Below are positions 56,068 to 64,000 of a DNA stretch of 64,000 nt, piece after piece. A program made the translations under genes and the position numbers. The notes under the pieces were generated by a model, which was not told where the DNA came from, searched no databases, and saw only the letters and a list, made by a program, of their open reading frames with translations. Source of the stretch: Paraspadella gotoi (Eukaryota > Animalia > Chaetognatha); assembly GCA_051294375.1 (NCBI GenBank), contig CM119265.1:3161640-3225639 (forward strand), read 5' to 3'. Positions within the stretch are counted from its first letter, which is position 1. The number at the start of each line of letters is the position of its first letter.

Positions 56068-56620
56068 TAGCACCATAATCTCTCCCAATCGCACCTTGAT
56101 CGCACCATGATCGCATCATGATCGCACCATGATCGCAACATGATCGCACCATGATTGCAACATGATNNNNNNNNNNNNNNNNNNNNNNNNNCGCGCAACT
56201 GATTGCACCATTGATCGAAACATGAGCGCACTATTGATCGCATAAATTATCGCCACCATTTATCGCAAACATTTGATCGCACCATGATTCGCACATATCT
56301 CACCATATTCAACATGATCACACCATGATCGCCTAATGATTCACCCATGATCGCATCATGATCGCACATATGATTGCACCATGATCGCATCATGCATCGC
56401 CACCATGATTCGCACTATAATTGCCACCATAAACGCACCATATCTTAACATGATCACACCCATGATGCAACATATCAACCATGATCGCCAACATGATCGC
56501 ACCATGATAAATCTCTCTCTATTTATCGCAACATGATCGCACCATGATAAAAACATGATCGCACCATGATCGCAACATGATCGCATCATGATCGCACCAT
56601 GATCGAACCATGATCGCACC
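56068..56620. repeat. 11-bp minisatellite (ATGATCGCACC)n
   Basis: Clean units at 56107-56165 and 56530-56620, noisier in between. Confidence 0.9.
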
Positions 56621-58219
56621 ACGTTTCACTAAAAGGTCAAATCCCAGAATCGATTTCTGCGTTTCTTTCTTTTGCCCTCGAGGAATCAGAGGGCGGGGAC
56701 CGCTGGTCAAAATAAGAAGAGAGAGAGAGAGAGAGAACCCGTCGCCCGGGGACTGACTCCAACCGATTATGCGCTGCTCGAATTTTCGTCGATGCGTTTA
56801 ATCGAAGATTTCTCGTCTCTGTCCATCTGTCCATATTTGTCCGTCTGTCCGTCCGTTCCATTTCGTCCGGTTTTTCCTAGAGGCGAGATCTGGTTTTGCC
56901 GGACGCCGGATGACGAATCCGGTTTTCGGTTTTTCGGGAAAATCCTCGGAAGACGATTTGACGGATGATTAACGATATTTCGGTTTTAGCGACGCTTCGC
57001 TTTAGCGAGATCGCTTTCAACGAAATTGGTTTGATCCGTTAAGTAATCGCCTTTTGACGAATCTGTTCGGCTTTAACAATTCGTTGAACCCGGAGATGTT
57101 AAACCCGCAATCATCCAAGGGAGAAAAGATCACGATTTAGTGAAAATTGTGTGAACTTGTGAGATGATCCTCACTTTTCTCACGTGAACCAAAGAAAATC
57201 TGATTTGGGTGAGGCGGTTGATCAATCTCGTGTGATTAATGTTTGGAATGTTTTGAATCAAAAATCTAAATACAGCTGGAAAATAAAAAAACTGATATAC
57301 ATCATTTGAAGAATAAAAATTAAATATGTTCCAGTTCAGCTAAAATGATAATGTTTGTAAATTAATAAAAATTGAGTCTGTAACGACTAATAATAATTTA
57401 CATATAATTTAGTTTTAAATAAGTTTTTTAAAAATTTCATTGAAGTAATTTCATTTAAATATATAAATTTTGACAACCATAAACANNNNNNNNNNNNNNN
57501 NNNNNNNNNNNNNNNNNNNNNNNNNNNNNNNNNNNNNNNNNNNNNNNNNNNNNNNNNNNNNNNNNNNNNNNNNNNNNNNNNNNNNNNNNNNNNNNNNNNN
57601 NNNNNNNNNNNNNNNNNNNNNNNNNNNNNNNNNNNNNNNNNNNNNNNNNNNNNNNNNNNNNNNNNNNNNNNNNNNNNNNNNNNNNNNNNNNNNNNNNNNN
57701 NNNNNNNNNNNNNNNNNNNNNNNNNNNNNNNNNNNNNNNNNNNNNNNNNNNNNNATTCATCACGTGACTGGAATTCCTCGTCAAAGCGACAAATCCATGA
57801 ATTACCGAATCACTAAATCACTTTCGATGACGCGAACTCATAAACTTCAACGAGAGACTAATAAATTCTCCANNNNNNNNNNNNNNNNNNNNNNNNNNNN
57901 NNNNNNNNNNNNNNNNNNNNNNNNNNNNNNNNNNNNNNNNNNNNNNNNNNNNNNNNNNNNNNNNNNNNNNNNNNNNNNNNNNNNNNNNNNNNNNNNNNNN
58001 NNNNNNNNNNNNNNNNNNNNNNNNNNNNNNNNNNNNNNNNNNNNNNNNNNNNNNNNNNNNNNNNNNCATAATCGAGTGTTTAATTTCAAAACTGATTTTA
58101 ACTTAAACTTAGGTTACGTGATCAGGATTTTACGAATCGTCGCTTTAAGAAAAATAGTATTCATGGTATAAATTATTATACTATAATCCTTTCTTTCGTT
58201 GTTGTAAACTTGTAAGAGA

Positions 58220-58390
58220 TTAGCAAAGTTTTTGAATTTTTTACAACGATTTTATTTGTAATATAACAGACATGTTTCGGCTCACAATTTTCGAGCCTTC
58301 ATCAGCGCTTAAAATGTTAAAATTGTGAGCCGAAACATGTCTGCTATATTACAAATAAAATCGTTGTAAAAAATTCAAAAACTTTGCTAA
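58220..58390. mobile_element. 72-bp inverted repeat; probable Penelope-like element pLTR remnant with a partial inverted copy
   Basis: Arms 58220-58291 and 58319-58390 differ by one mismatch. They contain the hammerhead 3' half and AATAAA. Confidence 0.65.
58265..58310 (-). ncRNA. Minimal type I hammerhead ribozyme (Penelope-type)
   Basis: RNA: AAGCG-CUGAUGA-A-GGCUC-GAAAAUUGU-GAGCC-GAAAC-AU-GUC^-UGUU. Conserved CUGAUGA/GAAAC/GUC core, 5-bp stem II, palindromic ACAUGU stem III, weak stem I. Confidence 0.8.
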
Positions 58391-59860
58391 AAAAAATCGC
58401 GAAAATCTTGCTGAAGGAAAAAGTTCAGACGGTTGCTATAATTTACTGATTCNNNNNNNNNNNNNNNNNNNNNNNNNNNNNNNNNNNNNNNNNNNNNNNN
58501 NNNNNNNNNNNNNNNNNNNNNNNNNNNNNNNNNNNNNNNNNNNNNNNNNNNNNNNNNNNNNNNNNNNNNNNNNNNNNNNNNNNNNNNNNNNNNNNNNNNN
58601 NNNNNNNNNNNNNNNNNNNNNNNNNNNNNNNNNNNNNNNNNNNNNNNNNNNNNNNNNNNNNNNNNNNNNNNNNNNNNNNNNNNNNNNNNNNNNNNNNNNN
58701 NNNNNNNNNNNNNNNNNNNNNNNNNNNNNNNNNNNNNNNNNNNNNNNNNNNNNNNNNNNNNNNNNNNNNNNNNNNNNNNNNNNNNNNNNNNNNNNNNNNN
58801 NNNNNNNNNNNNNNNNNNNNNNNNNNNNNNNNNNNNNNNNNNNNNNNNNNNNNNNNNNNNNNNNNNNNNNNNNNNNNNNNNNNNNNNNNNNNNNNNNNNN
58901 NNNNNNNNNNNNNNNNNNNNNNNNNNNNNNNNNNNNNNNNNNNNNNNNNNNNNNNNNNNNNNNNNNNNNNNNNNNNNNNNNNNNNNNNNNNNNNNNNNNN
59001 NNNNNNNNNNNNNNNNNNNNNNNNNNNNNNNNNNNNNNNNNNNNNNNNNNNNNNNNNNNNNNNNNNNNNNNNNNNNNNNNNNNNNNNNNNNNNNNNNNNN
59101 NNNNNNNNNNNNNNNNNNNNNNNNNNNNNNNNNNNNNNNNNNNNNNNNNNNNNNNNNNNNNNNNNNNNNNNNNNNNNNNNNNNNNNNNNNNNNNNNNNNN
59201 NNNNNNNNNNNNNNNNNNNNNNNNNNNNNNNNNNNNNNNNNNNNNNNNNNNNNNNNNNNNNNNNNNNNNNNNNNNNNNNNNNNNNNNNNNNNNNTTGCCC
59301 TCTTTCTACAAATTTCTACACTTTCCTGCATCTTCTCGGTATTTTCCTGCACCTTCCTGCGTCTTTAAACCCCCGCTGCAGGCGAAAAGATTGCCGTCTG
59401 CACCGAAGACTGCATCCACTTGTGCCAGAATAACCTGGAGAGCGAAGGAGGCCTAGGGAAATGCGGCGCCAGCGTCGCGGGTCTGCACAAGGGATTGATT
59501 GGCGCCGTCGTCTTCGGCGTCGTCGTCGGCGGCGTTGTCGAGGTTTGGAGAGTCTGATGTTGAAGAGAAGAGGAGGTGGGAGCGGCGGAGACGTCGACGG
59601 TCGCAGCAGCGGCGTCGCGGCGGCGACTGCAGAGAGTAAATACGAGTCGCTGGGCTGAAAATGTGAAAATCTTATTTTCGAAAGACCTCTTCTTTTTGGA
59701 TGAGAGAGAGAAAAGTCATTGGAATCCATAAATGATTGAAATGAAAAATAAAAAATGTATAAATAGTAATCGATTTAGCCAATTATACTGAATCGTAAAC
59801 GACTAGTTAAGTCATTGAGTATTTTATTGAAGAATATTCCATAAGTAATAAAAATATGGG

Positions 59861-59901
<41 letters not shown>

Positions 59902-62900
59902 AGTTTATGTATACCGTCGATGGGTTTCGTCTCCTGGCAACAGATGAAAGAAGGGAGAAAGTTTTCGGTCGCGTCAAGGATTACGCCACGGTCACGTCAA
60001 CGGAGTGACGCAGGCACTGATGATTGAGGCCAGCGTCCTCGTCTCTTAGCAACCGACGATGTGACGTCATTCGCTTCCGGTTTCAGGTTTACGNNNNNNN
60101 NNNNNNNNNNNNNNNNNNNNNNNNNNNNNNNNNGGGGCATTGCCTTTTAGATATAGCTTGAAGCTCATATCTCTATAACCCAATGCCCATAGCTCATAAC
60201 CCATACCTCATATGCCCCTTCGCTTAGCCAATGGCACATCTCAGTTTTTAATCGCGTAACGCTCGAGCAAATTGCGCCGCAGGAAAATCGAAAGTTGCAA
60301 CATTTTCGTTGCTACCCTCAAACGCGTATTTGTTGTTGTCGTCGATGTCATCATTATGATCGTCGTCGTGTTCGAGGTCGATGTCATCATTATAGTCGTC
60401 ATTGTCGTCTTTGACGTCGGCATTTATATGGCCTTTGCGTCAATACTAAGTTTTCTGAGACTTATATTTAATTATATGGTTCTAAACAGTAGCGAAATAT
60501 CAATCCTTACTTTGTAGTGATTGTATCGTCTCTTAAGCGAAAGTTACAAAGTTACAAACTGCCCCCCCCACACGAAAGTGATGACAGGTCGCCTTTCAAC
60601 TTTACAGTGAAATCCGTTAAAAAAAGAATCTCTTTTACACCGAAACCCGCATATTTCTAACTACTCTTACCTCAAATGGGAGATCATTTTTCTTCAAAGG
60701 AAACGTCTACGGTAAAATCGTCATGAAAATACAGCGTGTCGCGATAAAAACGAAAGACCGCGGGGCGAAAGCGTTTCGCACCGAAAAAAGGTCTTGGTTG
60801 CTACCCGCAGTAACCCGCACTGTCGTTTCGCTGCCTTTCTTTGAATTCGTCTCTTTAATGATGCAAAAGAAAGTCAAGGAATTTTTATGCGTTGGTCTTT
60901 TTTCTTTTTTCATGNNNNNNNNNNNNNNNNNNNNNNNNNNNNNNNNNNNNNNNNNNNNNNNNNNNNNNNNNNNNNNNNNNNNNNNNNNNNNNNNNNNNNN
61001 NNNNNNNNNNNNNNNNNNNNNNNNNNNNNNNNNNNNNNNNNNNNNNNNNNNNNNNNNNNNNNNNNNNNNNNNNNNNNNNNNNNNNNNNNNNNNNNNNNNN
61101 NNNNNNNNNNNNNNNNNNNNNNNNNNNNNNNNNNNNNNNNNNNNNNNNNNNNNNNNNNNNNNNNNNNNNNNNNNNNNNNNNNNNNNNNNNNNNNNNNNNN
61201 NNNNNNNNNNNNNNNNNNNNNNNNNNNNNNNNNNNNNNNNNNNNNNNNNNNNNNNNNNNNNNNNNNNNNNNNNNNNNNNNNNNNNNNNNNNNNNNNNNNN
61301 NNNNNNNNNNNNNNNNNNNNNNNNNNNNNNNNNNNNNNNNNNNNNNNNNNNNNNNNNNNNNNNNNNNNNNNNNNNNNNNNNNNNNNNNNNNNNNNNNNNN
61401 NNNNNNNNNNNNNNNNNNNNNNNNNNNNNNNNNNNNNNNNNNNNNNNNNNNNNNNNNNNNNNNNNNNNNNNNNNNNNNNNNNNNNNNNNNNNNNNNNNNN
61501 NNTGGTCATCAAATATGTATTTTCTCGGTCGACGCCGACGGCGACGCCGGGGCGCCGTTTACGTCGGCAGCGTCGGCACCGGCGTCGGATGCAGCATCGG
61601 CAGCATCGGCAGAAGCGTCAGCAGCGGCATCTGCAGTGGCAGTGGCTTCCGCAGCTGCAGCCGACGCGGCAGGATCGACCCTCCTGACCATCTTCACTTT
61701 TATCTTAAGGTCGTCTTTCATTTTCTTCGTTGCCAGGCAACTGACGTGAAGACAAGTCGAGGCGTCTCGAGCATGTCGATCAAAAAAACATGACCGGTTC
61801 TGCCCTGCCGATCATGTCGGACAAACCAAGACCAGACAACGAACGATCGGGCGTCCTTGTCTCATGAAACAAGAAAACGAGGCTGTTTTTTTTGGTCTAA
61901 ATGTTTAAATGTTCATGTTTTGTCTCCCTTTTATTTTGTGTGTCTTATTTTTTGTCTCCATTGACGGAATTCGTGTTCCGCTTTTAGTTTTGAATATTTA
62001 TGTTTCTGTAAATCGGACACGAGTTTTCCCGATTTGCTCGTAAATCTCGGTTATTCTCATTTTTTTATTATTTAAAGTAGAGGAAATGAACAAAACAAAA
62101 CAAAGAATTGAAAAATAAAAACGAAAACTAAACAAAACAAAAAATTAAAACAAAAAACACGCGGGAAATTTTTCCCGCCATTTGATCTCGGAAAAAAGTT
62201 CCGGTATTTTTCTTCGCCCCGAAGCTGAAACTTTTTTTTCATCTTCACATTGAAAAAGAGAAATTCATCGATTCACTCAATCACCGAAGTCACCGACCGT
62301 GACGTCCGAGTGAAAATTCACTCCGTTAAAAAAATGAGAAAAAAGTGAAGATCATAAATTCCATCGCGCGAATCGAAAGAAAAAAACAAAAGAGGCGAAT
62401 TTGGATGCGGGTATCGACGCCTTGAGGTCATCGCTTTTCTTTCTTTTATCGCCTGATTTTCAATAAGAAACATTTTCTTAAAAAAGTATTACGCCATCTG
62501 GTGACTTGAGTATTGCACGCTTCTGGCAGATGAAAGCGAATCAATAGAACGTCCATTGGCCGTGGTCATCGAGCGATACATGCGGGTTGTCATATCCATC
62601 GCTAGAAAAAAAAAAGGTGATGCCATATGTTCACCCGTGATTTCATTCATTCACGTTTTCACTTATAAATAACAATATATTATTTGCATATATTCAAAAG
62701 TCAACGTCAACATTGTCCTTCCACGCGAAAACGAAAAGAGTCACGTGCCCTTAATCCCGAAGAGACGCGAGTTCGATCCCCGCAGGAGAACAATTTTGAT
62801 CTCATTTTGAAATGAAATGAAATTTTGACAAACATTGTCCCCAAANNNNNNNNNNNNNNNNNNNNNNNNNNNNNNNNNNNNNNNNNNNNNNNNNNNNNNN

Positions 62901-64000
62901 NNNNNNNNNNNNNNNNNNNNNNNNNNNNNNNNNNNNNNNNNNNNNNNNNNNNNNNNNNNNNNNNNNNNNNNNNNNNNNNNNNNNNNNNNNNNNNNNNNNN
63001 NNNNNNNNNNNNNNNNNNNNNNNNNNNNNNNNNNCTTGAAAGTTTACTATTCAATTTTTGTTGTTGTTGTTGTTTTTGTTGTTGATCTCTGCCGAAAAAT
63101 TAAAATCAACGCTTCTCAAACGACGGGCACATATTTCCCTCGGGGTCTAAAGTATTATCCCTTTTTCATATTTTCATTGCAAGCAACTTTCACAAAGAGG
63201 CTCCACCATCTGCTGGTTCTATTGCACCATACAATTCGGCGGATTCCTCCACGCGTGGAAACGAAAAAAGGGTGAAAGACAACAACAGCTAAATGACGGG
63301 CGTNNNNNNNNNNNNNNNNNNNNNNNNNNNNNNNNNNNNNNNNNNNNNNNNNNNNNNNNNNNNNNNNNNNNNNNNNNNNNNNNNNNNNNNNNNNNNNNNN
63401 NNNNNNNNNNNNNNNNNNNNNNNNNNNNNNNNNNNNNNNNNNNNNNNNNNNNNNNNNNNNNNNNNNNNNNNNNNNNNNNNNNNNNNNNNNNNNNNNNNNN
63501 NNNNNNNNNNNNNNNNNNNNNNNNNNNNNNNNNNNNNNNNNNNNNNNNNNNNNNNNNNNNNNNNNNNNNNNNNNNNNNNNNNNNNNNNNNNNNNNNNNNN
63601 NNNNNNNNNNNNNNNNNNNNNNNNNNNNNNNNNNNNNNNNNNNNNNNNNNNNNNNNNNNNNNNNNNNNNNNNNNNNNNNNNNNNNNNNNNNNNNNNNNNN
63701 NNNNNNNNNNNNNNNNNNNNNNNNNNNNNNNNNNNNNNNNNNNNNNNNNNNNNNNNNNNNNNNNNNNNNNNNNNNNNNNNNNNNNNNNNNNNNNNNNNNN
63801 NNNNNNNNNNNNNNNNNNNNNNNNNNNNNNNNNNNNNNNNNNNNNNNNNNNNNNNNAGGCAGGAATGCAAAATGCTTATGTCTACTTGGATCGATTTTTA
63901 AATGATGAATGGATTAAAACTTAATGAGGAAATGACTAAATCCGAAAGCCTTTTGGCGACTGCAGTTGCGTAGCACCATATCCCAACTCCATAGTTGCAC

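Noticed and set aside
59316-59660. GC-rich block with an acceptor-like ttttcag on the minus strand
   Set aside because: May be an exon, but no recognisable protein in any frame and no supportable gene model
60015-60050. Additional hammerhead cores at isolated CTGATGA matches (also ~5603, ~15038, ~22058)
   Set aside because: No stem II followed by GAAA at a suitable distance
61503-61870. Ala/Asp-rich ORF (MKDDLKIKVK...)
   Set aside because: Driven by GCN-type low complexity next to a gap; no domain or clear splice structure
62740-62790. tRNA or SINE head (gagttcgatcccc B-box-like)
   Set aside because: No convincing A box or body, and it is adjacent to a gap

Overview
AT-rich, intron-containing animal genomic DNA. 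It has TTAGGG-type repeats, very many GA/GAC microsatellites and many N gaps, consistent with an invertebrate draft assembly; the species cannot be determined from the sequence. The only well-supported protein-coding content is a tandem cluster of three minus-strand, two-coding-exon genes (3.1-10.9 kb). They encode secreted ~190-aa proteins with one F5/8-type C/discoidin-like domain. The main finding is a set of circularly permuted (type-P5 topology) twister self-cleaving ribozymes in three different interspersed repeat families, two of which have tRNA-like (SINE) heads. There are four intact copies (4422-4502 -, 7270-7345 +, 10354-10418 -, 20039-20103 -) plus decayed ones. Compensatory changes are seen in P2, P4, P5 and both pseudoknots, and P1 is reduced to a tiny self-complementary segment. 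The window also holds a Penelope-type minimal hammerhead inside a 72-bp inverted repeat (58.2-58.4 kb), several MITEs, a 2.4-kb palindrome of telomere-like minisatellite (24-26.3 kb), and two indel-rich tandem duplications (~3.3 kb and ~8.9 kb) that are probably assembly artefacts. All structures were derived by eye; no folding or database search was run.
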